From Klebsormidium nitens (taxonomy: Eukaryota; Plantae; Klebsormidiophyceae), in assembly GCA_000708835.1 (NCBI GenBank), contig DF237770.1, forward strand, positions 1 through 32,546: a stretch of DNA of 32,546 nt, read 5' to 3'. Position numbers and translations under genes: made by a program. Positions 19,531 through 30,752 of this stretch are shown here, piece by piece. Every line of letters begins with the position of its first letter. The first letter of the stretch is position 1. The notes below the pieces were generated by a model that saw only the letters and a program-made list of their open reading frames with translations, did no database searches and was not told the origin of the DNA.

Positions 19531-20153
19531 CGACTTTCTTCAGAGGAAATGTACCCCGTTCGACAGCTCGAGGCCTCCAAGACCTTGATTGTCATCGACC
19601 CGATTTGCATCCACGTGGTCAGACGATGACGATGCTGCATGCAGGGACTCTAACGAGTAGAACGAGCCTGAACCCTCCACTTCGCTCCAACTTAATACAG
19701 GCTTACTACCTCGAAGATTCCAACCAAAGGACGGCTGCGTATGTCTCGTCTCCAAGCGGAGGCCTGTTGACTGGCAGCCGACTCAGATCGCAAATTCCCG
19801 AAAGGCCAACTTTGACTGCACCGGACGGTCAACCACTGGTGTACCATTATTCAAGCCGGCGGCAGCTTTATATCAGATTACTGCTGCATGCGCGACTCCA
19901 GGGCACTGCCATCGAGGAGCTAGTGTCTTCCCGTCTCTCCTATCAAAACACTTCTATCAAAGCATGTTGCGGCAGTGTATCAAAGTTCAATCAGAGGAGC
20001 TCTTGGCATTTGCCACATCCACATACAGCAAGTTGCTTTCGTGCCAAAAAGAAACGTGGGGCGCAATATTGTTCAACTTTGAAGACGTGAAAGGACTCTT
20101 GCGCAAGCTGAAAGGTGAAACCTCTACCTGCAAACAAGTTAAGCGGCCGAAGA

Positions 20154-21461
20154 ATGGCGCCGAGACCGAAGCAGCGGCCCAGAAAGCTGACGGGAGGTGT
20201 GAGTGCGTCGAGCAGCTTTGAGGCTGCAGAGAAGGTTGACTTTACGGAGGTCTTGCCGCCCGAGATTATGGGCGACATCTTTGAAAGAGCGGGTTTTGGG
20301 AGTCTGAAGACACTCGGAAATGCAGCTCGGGTTTCAAAAGGCTGGAGGAGCGCAATCAAGGAATCAATCACAAAGCTGACCTTGCGAAGATACCCTCCTT
20401 ACCTTGACGTCAGCAGTTTGCTCAGCAGGCAAGTTTATCATCTGGCACGGTTTGTTGGTGACTTTCAAAACCTCCGCAGCCTGAAGCTTTCACTCGATGG
20501 AAACTTACACTCCGCTATGCTGAAGTCCCTTGCAGAGGGGGCACCAGTCAACTTAAGGTATTTGACGCTTGATCTCGTGACGCTGACCAAGTGGGAGCTC
20601 CAGACCATCTCCGCCTCACTGGCTTCCTGGGAGAACCTAGAAAGTTTGGAAATTGGGGTGCACACTCTGTTCAACTTACGCAGTTGCTCTGACGTGTCGT
20701 CCTATCCATCAAGTAAGCGCTGCAAAGTTGAAGTGCTGGGCCTTTTTCTCAATGTTCAACTTGACGTCCAGTGGCAGCCTCAGGTTGTGAGCATCCCGCT
20801 TCTGGAATATTTCCCAAAGATCAAGTCTGCCAAGCTGCTGGCGAGCAGCAGTTCAATCATCACCATCTCCTTTCTGATCAAGTCCGAGAATCCTTTGAGA
20901 GACTTAGCAGTGGTCGTTCGTCCAATTAATAATGGAGGGCTGCTTCCTCCCAAGGGCGCACAGGTCACAATAGATTGCCCTTTTCTAAAACATTTTTCCT
21001 ATACGAGGCCCCTGGGCGTCAGATTTGAAAAGTCCTGCCAGTTTCGGGTTCTGAAACTTGCCACGGCGAGTGTGAAAGTTGTGAGGGCGGATCCTGCTGT
21101 TCAGATCACCACTGCAGAGATGTTTCACATTCATCGATTGGCTCGTGGAATAGTAACACCGAGGATGGTGGGAGCAAAGAATGCCACTTTAGATTGCCGT
21201 CTGGGGGCCCAGAGTCGTCCTGGAAAGGCACAGCCTGAAGCGTGGGAAATGGCAGATGGAGCCGAGCACGTCACATTTTCTGTGCCGTTTGTGAATCGCA
21301 ATCTCAAGCAGTGGACCAATACTCGGCTTTGCCATTCGGAGCTGAGCGTACCAAAGGGCATCATTTCCACCGTTTTCCACGTGAAAGCGACGAGATTGCC
21401 CAAGGTTGCGGCAGAATTCCTTAAGACGGTAGCGCAGGCGAGCCACGTCAGCTGCCGGTAA
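20154..21461 (+). CDS. F-box/LRR-like protein, apparently intact
   Basis: F-box FTEVLPPEIMGDIF...AARVSKGWRSAI, then LRR-like FQNLRSLKLSL, NLRYLTLDL, NLESLEIG and FPKIKSAKL. Confidence 0.8.
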   Translation: MAPRPKQRPRKLTGGVSASSSFEAAEKVDFTEVLPPEIMGDIFERAGFGSLKTLGNAARVSKGWRSAIKESITKLTLRRYPPYLDVSSLLSRQVYHLARFVGDFQNLRSLKLSLDGNLHSAMLKSLAEGAPVNLRYLTLDLVTLTKWELQTISASLASWENLESLEIGVHTLFNLRSCSDVSSYPSSKRCKVEVLGLFLNVQLDVQWQPQVVSIPLLEYFPKIKSAKLLASSSSIITISFLIKSENPLRDLAVVVRPINNGGLLPPKGAQVTIDCPFLKHFSYTRPLGVRFEKSCQFRVLKLATASVKVVRADPAVQITTAEMFHIHRLARGIVTPRMVGAKNATLDCRLGAQSRPGKAQPEAWEMADGAEHVTFSVPFVNRNLKQWTNTRLCHSELSVPKGIISTVFHVKATRLPKVAAEFLKTVAQASHVSCR

Positions 21462-22085
21462 GTGTTCTCACATGCCTCTGGTCGCATCCTACCTAGCTGC
21501 AGCAGGCCAGCTTGACACTAGGTGTCTCAGAAGTGTGTTTCAGGACAACACAAGTGCGGACGATCGGTAACCACGAAAACATACCAGAAAGGAGGTTTTA
21601 AACTGACATCCGAGTCTCTGTGCTTGAGGGTATTTGATTTAGAGTGGTACTGACGTAATCAACTCTTCCGGCACCTGTCGCCTTTTCGCGATTTTGGTCG
21701 TAATGCTTCAAATCCCATATCCAGTACGCCGCTGGCGCGCCGATGCAGTGCTTAAGTAGGATAAGCTCAGAGACGTCCACGGAAGCTGTCCCGTAAGTTG
21801 CTCAAATTCGAGATTGACCATCCTTCTTGCTCTCTTGCTGATCAGATGCCGCAAACGCTCATGCCGCGCTCTTGAATAATCCTTCTGATTTGGTGCAGCG
21901 TGATACTCCATTCGTCCGGAGTGAGGAAGCCGAAGCCCTTGGCGTGGTTCCGAAGATACCTCAAGTTGATACGGTAGCTCTGGATCGGACTGTCAAGAAT
22001 GTGCGGAATTGCTCTTGAGGAGATGAACCACTGCTAGCACTGGGCCGGACATCTGTGGCCAAGTATCCTCTTCAAGTAACATGTA

Positions 22086-22634
22086 TGTAACGTCTTGGGC
22101 TTCTTACGGACTCTTCTGAGTATCGTATGAGCTCCGACGGTCGGCTTATGTGGTCATAAACTGGCCGGCGCGAGCATTCAATTCTGGCTCCCGGGGAGCC
22201 AATCATTGAATCCTTGCGCGCACGCTCGCTCGCTCAGTGTAAGTCACATTGAAGGTCAGGTAGGGGTCTACCAAGGGTACTAGGCTGAGGAATGGCTAAC
22301 GATTACTAGCCGTTCGATCTGTTGATCGACGGCCGGAGTTGTCACATCCAAGATAGCCTTATCCCTATTGTGATTGGATCACGGCGTGTGGCGGCGTGTG
22401 TCGCCCCCAAGCCAGCCCTACCTAGTCTCAAACACCTCAATCGTGTCCTGGGGCCGTACCGACTAGGAGGGAGCATTCCAAACATTCCGAGAAGGAGGAT
22501 GTGGAAGGGTTCTCTCTAGCAAGGGCGCTTAGACTTAGACACGACCTTCCTTCGGGAGTTTATCATCTTGTTCATGGGCGCTAGCGCCGAGGGTGCTAGT
22601 GGAATATAACGGTCCTTAAGGAGGATACGTTTCA
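22086..22634 (+). repeat. 5' LTR (549 bp)
   Basis: TGTAACGTC...GATACGTTTCA; matches 29596-29964. Confidence 0.95.
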
Positions 22635-22635
22635 G

Positions 22636-22646
22636 TGGTATCAGAG
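22636..22646 (+). promoter_or_regulatory. Primer-binding site complementary to initiator tRNA-Met
   Basis: TGGTATCAGAG, 1 nt after the LTR-terminal CA. Confidence 0.92.
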
Positions 22647-22675
22647 GGGAACGTTTCTCCTTGTGAGGGTTCACT

Positions 22676-23922
22676 ATGGCTGAAGCGAGCAAGGCCGCAG
22701 AGGGTTCCGGAGAGAACATGGCTGTTGATGGAGCGCCATCCGAGACGCCAAGCGTGGGCGCTGTGGCATCTGGCGTGGAATGGAGCCATGGGCAAAATGC
22801 CTTTGTGGCTAGGCCTCCTCCGGTGGCTTTTGGTAAAATCACTGCTGAGCATCTTGCGGGTGCATTGCCGGGTGCATTGAAGGGCATGCGCATTGGTGGC
22901 TCTGGTGATTCTGATTATGTGCTTAAGATGCCTGAGGGGGATGTCAGCAAGGAGTGGCGTGTTGCATTGGTTGGTAACATGCAGGGTCGCATTTCTCATC
23001 TTGAGGAAGAGCTTGCTAAGGCAAAATATATCTCTTTCCCTAAGGATCATGATGGGCTGAAGCCCCGAAAGCTTGATATTTTCAGTGGATCCCCTGGCAA
23101 GGAGGATGAACTTGATGTGCGTAATTTGGTGGGCGTCCATGGAGGACCAAGCCAAAAGCCTCGCTGGGTGCGGGCAAAACGCAACTTCAAGTTGTCAACA
23201 ATCTTGCCACTTACCTTCGAGGCGCGGCGCGCACTCATTGGAATGCTTGCAAATCCGGTTTGGAGGTGCTAGGCAAGGAGATCACTCTCGATGTGTTCGA
23301 GGAGATCATGATCAATGGCTTTGGCGGCTTGGACCCCGTTCAGGATGGATGGGCTAAGCTCAAGTCTCTCAAGCAGGGCAATCGGTCCGTTCAGGACTAT
23401 GCACAGAAGTTTCGGGCGATCATCTTTGAGATGGGAAACGGGGCTCCCTCCGAGAATGTTTAGATTGAGCGATTCAAGGATGGATTGCATCACTCTCTTG
23501 CCGAGAAGTGCGCTTCGATGTCCAACGGTTCGCGCTGAAGCAAGCTCTCTGAGCTTGTGAATCTCGCGTCGAACGTGTGGAATGTCAAGCAGCGCATCTC
23601 TCCGGCAACGCCTACTTTTGACTCGGGTGTGCCTCGCACTTTTGGGCAGGGAGCTAACAAGAAGAACAAGTTCTTCAAGCGCAAGGGGCCCGATGGGCCG
23701 TCTGGGTCGCAGGGCAGCGGGAGCGGCAATGGGGCAGGCAACGGCAAGAAGGCCAAGACCGGTGGCGGCGGACAGAGCGGTGGGGGTCCCGGCGAGCATG
23801 GCAAGATTAGCAGGGCCGAGCGCGATAGGCGTTTCAAGGAGGGCCTGTGCCTGTATTGCGGGGAAAAGAACCACAAGGCGGCAGGGTGCCCCAAGAAGTC
23901 TAGCCAGGGTCCGGTAAACTAG
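22676..23922 (+). pseudogene. gag: Gag with CCHC zinc knuckle; frameshifts and an internal TAG
   Basis: LKSLKQGNRSVQDYAQKF (gag core), TAG at 23461-23463, CLYCGEKNHKAAGC knuckle, and frame changes near 23125-23260 and ~23530. Confidence 0.9.
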
Positions 23923-24009
23923 CTAGTCAATTTGTTAGTGAGCGGCAAATTGACGATGGCACCACAGAACAAGTAAGCTTGAACGATCTTGTACCAACGG
24001 ATTTTGAGC

Positions 24010-24385
24010 TTGTGGAAAGTTTGACTGGCAAGACGTTTTCTGCCGGAGTCGCCGTTGCGGGCGGATCTCATGCTGCTGGAGCTCACATGATTCTTTTCTC
24101 AAGCGCGATGTTTCGGGTAAACATTGTTGGATCAATGGTCGTGAAGATCGCTTGAGAATGTATCTCGAACACTTCATGGAGTGTCGAAGGAATGCACCGA
24201 CCGAGACTTCAGCGTGTGTGCTGTTGCCTCACTTACATGCGGTCGATCGTCGTCTTCTCAAAGGCTGGAAAGTGGTTCTTAATTTGCCTAAGGGAGCGTG
24301 ATTCGTGTTGGAAACGGCTCCGGAGACGGGTTCTCTGAACAACGGTCTGTTCGCATGATGCAAGTGTTGTATTATGCCCCTTCTC
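24010..24385 (+). pseudogene. Degenerate Dam-like N6-adenine methyltransferase-like domain at the start of pol
   Basis: Manual reconstruction across two 1-nt shifts: ELVESLTGKTFSAGVAVAGG / WSSHDSFLKRDVSGKHCWINGREDRLRMYLEHFMECRRNAPTETSACVLLP...LLKGWKVVLNLPKG / ...MQVLYYAP. WIN sits where the WxNPP motif IV is expected. Confidence 0.5.
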
Positions 24386-27300
24386 CTAGCTCGCGCACGG
24401 TTTCAAATATTGGCCAAGTCGAGGCTGATGTTGGAATCTATGCGCCGGGCGTCCTCGACGGGCCTGAGTCGAGCGAGCGCGGCGCGCGTGCGGCTCAGCG
24501 CGAGCAGTCAAATATTGACCCAAAACGGGCCAGATTTGAATTGATGCGCCCGGACGATTCCGAGGCCGTAGCGTTACCAGAAGCTGTAGCTGGGGTGTTG
24601 CAAGCTTCTAAGAGTCGAGGAACCTCGAAAAGGCTGACGATGTTGTTTGGAGCAAAGGCGGGTGGTGCCGATGCAAACGTGTTGTTTGATTCAGGGGCGA
24701 GTCACAACTACCTATCCAAATCGTTTGTTGCTTTACAGAGGATCTCTGTTGATGACTCTTTGCGCGGTGATGTAGTCTTAAGAGACAATCATCCTGCTGG
24801 TATGGCTGGGACTGCGAGAGTGTTTGTCAAGCTTGGAGCTTTCCAAAAACCTGTCGAGTGCCACTGTCTTGTGATGAACGAGCTCTTGGCTGATGTGGAT
24901 GTGACGAGGCTTTTATGACGTCTCATAAGGTTGTCCTTGATTACCACAAACAAGTGTGCCGTATGAGAAAGGGGAATCGGAGGATCACCGTTTCTCAGAA
25001 GCCTCTTGCAAGAGATATGCCAAATGTGGCACCGTCTGAGAAGTTACTCGGTGCAATGCAGGTTAAAAAGCTAATCAAGAGAGGGAATAAAGCTTTTCTT
25101 GCTGTGGTTCAGCAAGTGAAGCCCGACATTGTCCCCTCGGATTCTGATGACGACCCTTGTCACGTGAAAAGCATTCTAACTGAGTACGTTGATGTTTTCA
25201 GTGACGAGTTACCTGCAGAGCTCCCTCCGAGACAGAATGTGGGTCCATCCCTACTGAGCCTGGACACGTGCCTCCATTTAGACCGATGTATCGGCTAAGC
25301 CCAATGGAAACACGTGGCGAAGGAACAAATCACAAAGCTCCTTGAGAAGGGTCTCATAGAGCCGAGTACAAGTCCGTACGGGGCACCTATCTTGATTGTA
25401 CCAAAGCCTAACGGCAGAGGACTTCGGATGTGCCTAGACTTGCGTGCTCTTAACTCGGTAACGATAAAGAATCGTTATCCGTTGCCAAGGATCGATGACT
25501 TGTTGGACAAGATCACCGGTGCTTCTTACTTTACCAGTCTGGAATTGACTGCAGGGTATCACCAAATCAGGATAACGGATGAGGATATTCCGAAGACTGC
25601 TTTTCGAACGCCGTTCGGACATTTTCAGTTTAAGGTATTGACCTTTGGCTTGACAAACGCGCCGGCAACGTTTCAAGCAGTAATGAACGATATATTCCGT
25701 CCGTACCTTGATGACTTCGTGGTTGTGTACCTCAATGATATCATGATATATAGTAAGTCGGCAGAAGAGCATGAGCGTCATCTTCGATTGTTCTGGATAT
25801 TTTGCGAAGGGAGAAGTTCTTTGTTGCCTTACCAAAATGTGATTTCGCTAAGCAGGAGATCAAGTTCCTTGGACATATCGTTGGAGCCGGCGGTATCAAG
25901 GTGAACCCTGAGAAGGTCGCAGCCGTGGAGCGTTGGGAACCTTCTAAGGATGTACATCAGGTGCGATCTTTCCTTGGTCTCGCAAACTTCTTCCGGCGTT
26001 TCATTCAAGGGTATTCTACACGTGTTGCTCCGTTGACGGATCTAACTAAGTCGGGAAGACCCTGGAGTTGGACTAAAGAGTGTGGGGATGCATTTGAGGG
26101 TGTCAAGTGGGCTTTGACACATACCCCGGTGCTACGCTCTCCGGTTGAGTCAAAGAGATATGAGGTTGTGTCGGACGCCTCAACCCTCGGGATTGGAGCG
26201 GTATTGCTTCAGGAGGGCCAGCCGGTCGCTATCCATTCCAGAAAGCTGAGCGCTGCGGAAGTTAACTATACTACTACGCAGCAAGAACTACTGGGTGTAG
26301 TTGATGCTCTTAGGGTTTGGCGCTGTTACCTTGAGGGGGATGAATTCGATGTAGTGACGGACTACTGCCCGAATACCTTCTTTCAAACACAGCCAAATTT
26401 ATCGAGGCGGCAAGCCCGATTGTCAGAGTTCCTGCAGAGATTCAATTTTAAGTGGCGTTACCGGCCTGGCCGTACTAACGTCGCCGATCATTGAGTCGCA
26501 ATCCTATCGGCGTTGCCTCGGCCGTACTCTTCGAAAGGGAGCTCCGGAATAAGGAGTCGCCTAGGGAGGGCCCGCCCGAAAGCGATGGTACTTCCACTGT
26601 GTTTGCCGGAAGTCGTGGCCCGTCTGATTTGCCTGTCTTGCTTCAAAATCTGATTCGACGTGGTTACGCAGGGGATGCTTGGTTGCGAGATGCAAACAAT
26701 CAAGCTTCCGCTCGACTGGGTGTCAACTCTACCGGTTTGTTCTTGCGTGACGACAAAGTGTACGTGCCTAACGATGTGATCGTTAAACGCCTTATTTGGC
26801 AGGAGGCGCACGACGCTAAGTACAGCGGTCACTTTGGCGTGAGCAAAACGCGGAGAACAGTTGAGCAACTCTTCTGGTGGCCAAAGCTACGGGAGGAGAC
26901 AAAAGACTATGTGCGGAATTGTTTCGTGTGTCAGTACGACAAGGCGCAACAGTTGAGGCCTGCGGGGCTGCTTCAACCGCTACGGATACCTGAGAGGCCT
27001 TGGGATTCGGTGAGTTTCGGCTTTATCGTCGAACTTCCTTTGACCAAGCGAGGGGATGATGCAATCGTGGTTTTTGTTGATCGGCTTACGAAGATGGTTC
27101 ACTTCGCGGCCACAACAACCACTTGCAAAGCTAAGGGCTTTGCGCAGTTGTATTATGACAATGTGTACCGGTTACACGGGCTGCAGCGAGAATTTGTCTC
27201 GGACAGGGATTCGAGATTCACGGGCAAATTTTGGGCTGAGGTGTGCAATCTAATTGGCACTAGATTGGCTACATCAACGGCATTTCATCCTCAGACTGAT

Positions 27301-28461
27301 GGTCAGACTGATCCGAGTAATCGGACTCTTGAGGATTACTTGCGGCACTATGTTGGGNNNNNNNNNNNNNNNNNNNNNNNNNNNNNNNNNNNNNNNNNNN
27401 NNNNNNNNNNNNNNNNNNNNNNNNNNNNNNNNNNNNNNNNNNNNNNNNNNNNNNNNNNNNNNNNNNNNNNNNNNNNNNNNNNNNNNNNNNNNNNNNNNNN
27501 NNNNNNNNNNNNNNNNNNNNNNNNNNNNNNNNNNNNNNNNNNNNNNNNNNNNNNNNNNNNNNNNNNNNNNNNNNNNNNNNNNNNNNNNNNNNNNNNNNNN
27601 NNNNNNNNNNNNNNNNNNNNNNNNNNNNNNNNNNNNNNNNNNNNNNNNNNNNNNNNNNNNNNNNNNNNNNNNNNNNNNNNNNNNNNNNNNNNNNNNNNNN
27701 NNNNNNNNNNNNNNNNNNNNNNNNNNNNNNNNNNNNNNNNNNNNNNNNNNNNNNNNNNNNNNNNNNNNNNNNNNNNNNNNNNNNNNNNNNNNNNNNNNNN
27801 NNNNNNNNNNNNNNNNNNNNATGATGATTGGGATGAACTACTTAGCGGGGCTGAGTTTGCTTACAATGATTCATGGCAAGAATCTATCAAGTGTTCACCA
27901 TTTGAGATGAATTTTGGTCAGCAAGCTCGAACACCCTTGGGGCTTGGCAATGCTCAGATACCTGCTGCTGGGAACTTCCTTCAGCAAATCCAAGAGGTGC
28001 AATCCAGAGCACGGGAACTCTTGCTGCCCGCTCAACAACGTATGAAGTCCTTTGCTGATCAAAGGAGACGCGACGTTGAGTATAACGTTGGCGATCAGTT
28101 GCTTTTGAGTACGAAGCATCTGAAGTTGCAAAATCCTGGGTCGCGCAAGTTGCTTCCCAGATGGATTGGGCCTTTTGAGGTCTTGCAACGGGTAGGCGCG
28201 GTCGCTTACAAGGTGAAGTTGCCAAAGAAAATGAAGATCCATCCGGTCTTTCATGTCTCACTGCTAAAACCTTATTGCAGTGACGGTCGTGTGCAACCTC
28301 CACCACCTCCAGTGGATTTGGATGGGGATCTGGAGTATGAAGTGGAAAGGATCCTTTCTCATAGAGACCGTAAATACGGTAAGCGGTTTAAGAAGGAGTT
28401 CTTAATCCGGTGGCTCGGTTATGGTCCTGAGCATTACTCTTGATAGCCCGAAAAGAACCTC
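24298..28461 (+). pseudogene. pol: Pol: aspartic protease, RT, RNase H, integrase, chromodomain (multiple frameshifts and stops)
   Basis: [39 protein letters not shown] and YLNDIMIYS (YLDD changed to YLND). RH VSDASTLGIGAVL. INT HDAKYSGH...CFVC, IVVFVDRLTK and STAFHPQTDGQ. GPF module, then chromodomain YEVERIL...EFLIRWLGYGPEHYS**PEKNL. Confidence 0.95.
27358..27820. other. Assembly gap (N run) inside integrase
   Basis: Run of N bases. Confidence 1.
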
Positions 28462-29288
28462 NNNNNNNNNNNNNNNNNNNNNNNNNNNNNNNNNNNNNNN
28501 NNNNNNNNNNNNNNNNNNNNNNNNNNNNNNNNNNNNNNNNNNNNNNNNNNNNNNNNNNNNNNNNNNNNNNNNNNNNNNNNNNNNNNNNNNNNNNNNNNNN
28601 NNNNNNNNNNNNNNNNNNNNNNNNNNNNNNNNNNNNNNNNNNNNNNNNNNNNNNNNNNNNNNNNNNNNNNNNNNNNNNNNNNNNNNNNNNNNNNNNNNNN
28701 NNNNNNNNNNNNNNNNNNNNNNNNNNNNNNNNNNNNNNNNNNNNNNNNNNNNNNNNNNNNNNNNNNNNNNNNNNNNNNNNNNNNNNNNNNNNNNNNNNNN
28801 NNNNNNNNNNNNNNNNNNNNNNNNNNNNNNNNNNNNNNNNNNNNNNNNNNNNNNNNNNNNNNNNNNNNNNNNNNNNNNNNNNNNNNNNNNNNNNNNNNNN
28901 NNNNNNNNNNNNNNNNNNNNNNNNNNNNNNNNNNNNNNNNNNNNNNNNNNNNNNNNNNNNNNNNNNNNNNNNNNNNNNNNNNNNNNNNNNNNNNNNNNNN
29001 NNNNNNNNNNNNNNNNNNNNNNNNNNNNNNNNNNNNNNNNNNNNNNNNNNNNNNNNNNNNNNNNNNNNNNNNNNNNNNNNNNNNNNNNNNNNNNNNNNNN
29101 NNNNNNNNNNNNNNNNNNNNNNNNNNNNNNNNNNNNNNNNNNNNNNNNNNNNNNNNNNNNNNNNNNNNNNNNNNNNNNNNNNNNNNNNNNNNNNNNNNNN
29201 NNNNNNNNNNNNNNNNNNNNNNNNNNNNNNNNNNNNNNNNNNNNNNNNNNNNNNNNNNNNNNNNNNNNNNNNNNNNNNNNNNNNNNNN
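28462..29288. other. Assembly gap (N run) in the retrotransposon 3' region
   Basis: Run of N bases. Confidence 1.
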
Positions 29289-29581
29289 AAATTGTTGACA
29301 TTTTTGGGCATTGTTTGAAACGGTGCGCCGTGGGAAAGCGCGCACCGCGCGCGCGCGGCTTTTTCACAGTCGGCGCACAGATTCAATTATGGCTGTTTGG
29401 AAGCCTAAATTTGAAGTGACGCGCGGCTGCAAGCCTCACAGCGAAACGAGTTCGTTTGCTGGACTGCTTGGTAATAGGTGTCGAGTGGTCTCCACATCTG
29501 TTGTTAAGAGATTAAGGGTCTTAACCGTGTTGACGATTGGGGTAACTTTTCTCTCAATCTTGTCGCGGACGAAAAGTACCT

Positions 29582-29595
29582 AAAGGGGGGAGGAA
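29582..29595 (+). promoter_or_regulatory. Polypurine tract
   Basis: AAAGGGGGGAGGAA immediately before the 3' LTR TGTAAC. Confidence 0.92.
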
Positions 29596-29964
29596 TGTAA
29601 CGTCCTGGGCTTCTTACGGAGTCTTTAACGATTCTTAGCCGTTCGATCTATTGATCGACGGCCGGAGTTGTCACATCCAAGATAGCCTTTATCCCTATTG
29701 TGATTGGATCACGGCGTGTGGCGGCGTGTGTCGCCCCCAAGCCAGTCCTACCTAGTCTCAAACACCTCAATCGTGTCCTGGGGCCGTACCTACTAGGAGG
29801 GAGCATTCCAAACATTACGAGAAGGAGGATGTGGAAGGGTTCTCTCTAGCAAGGGCGCTTAGACTTAGACACGACCTTCCTACGGGAGTTTATCATCTTG
29901 TTCATGGGCGCTAGCGCCGAGGGTGCTAGTGGAATATAACGGTCCTTAAGGAGGATACGTTTCA
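29596..29964 (+). repeat. 3' LTR (369 bp; lacks ~180 bp present in the 5' LTR)
   Basis: TGTAACGTCCTGGGCTTCTTACGGA, then it jumps to TAACGATT...GATACGTTTCA and is followed by TSD ATGTA. Confidence 0.95.
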
Positions 29965-30752
29965 ATGTAGATCCAAACAAACAGATAGAAAGTCTGAAGA
30001 TATGATGCAGATTTGCATTCAACGGAACAATTAACGAAAGGCCGCAAACTCATCGCTCAGCGCTGTCCTGGAAGACGCCAAATAGATATGTCCTGCAATG
30101 ATGATTACCAGCAGCCCCTCAACTTATACGCGCGTGTGATATGCGGGGCGTGAAGTTATGCATGTCGCATGAGTTAGATGAGACATTCAGCTTCGAGGCT
30201 GTATGTGCAGATATGTTTGCCTTTAGCTCGATCTTCCAGTATATTTTCGATGCATATTGCCTTCGGGGGGGAAGGGGCCGAAGGACTCTGCAGGATAGAA
30301 ACAGCCTAGCTCTCATGATGAAAGGCCGTCTGATCATATCCACGTCATGCAATCGAATGCAAGATATATACATGATACCGGCATGCTGCTAAAATTTCAC
30401 TTAGTAAAGCAACCAACATGCAAGTATGCATCGATAAACGGAGACTTCATGGTCTTTCCGCAAGCTCCTTCTTCAAGTTACGACTTTGAAGACGCTGAAG
30501 CAGTGATGTTTCAGACAATTGCAGCGGGGTGTCAACAAGCCGGACTATTGCATAGCTTCTTCAAGCTCGACGCTCAGGCGGAGAAGGTTTGCCGAGGACC
30601 ATCAACAGCCGCAATTTGTGTCACAAACGAAGTGGTTCATTGTCGTCCTGCAGGATCACACTCAATGGGTTGAGCCCGGGAAACTTACAATTCCTTAAAT
30701 CTGCGGTAAGCTCGCACTTTGCTTTCGGCCAGTAAGTTGCGGAGCAGTTCTA

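Larger units (their letters stand above)
22086..29964 (+). mobile_element. Full-length Ty3/gypsy LTR retrotransposon, chromovirus type (degenerate)
   Basis: TG...CA LTRs at both ends, 5-bp TSD ATGTA (22081-22085 and 29965-29969), PBS, PPT, and domain order gag-PR-RT-RH-INT-chromodomain. Confidence 0.97.

Noticed and set aside
21598-22085. Degenerate minus-strand coding remnant interrupted by the gypsy insertion, possibly continuing after 29970
   Set aside because: It has several stops and frameshifts and no recognisable family, so boundaries cannot be supported.
27358-27820. 463-nt insertion in integrase
   Set aside because: It is all N. The flanks RHYVG and DDWDELL are nearly adjacent in gypsy integrases, so the true gap is probably only a few bases.
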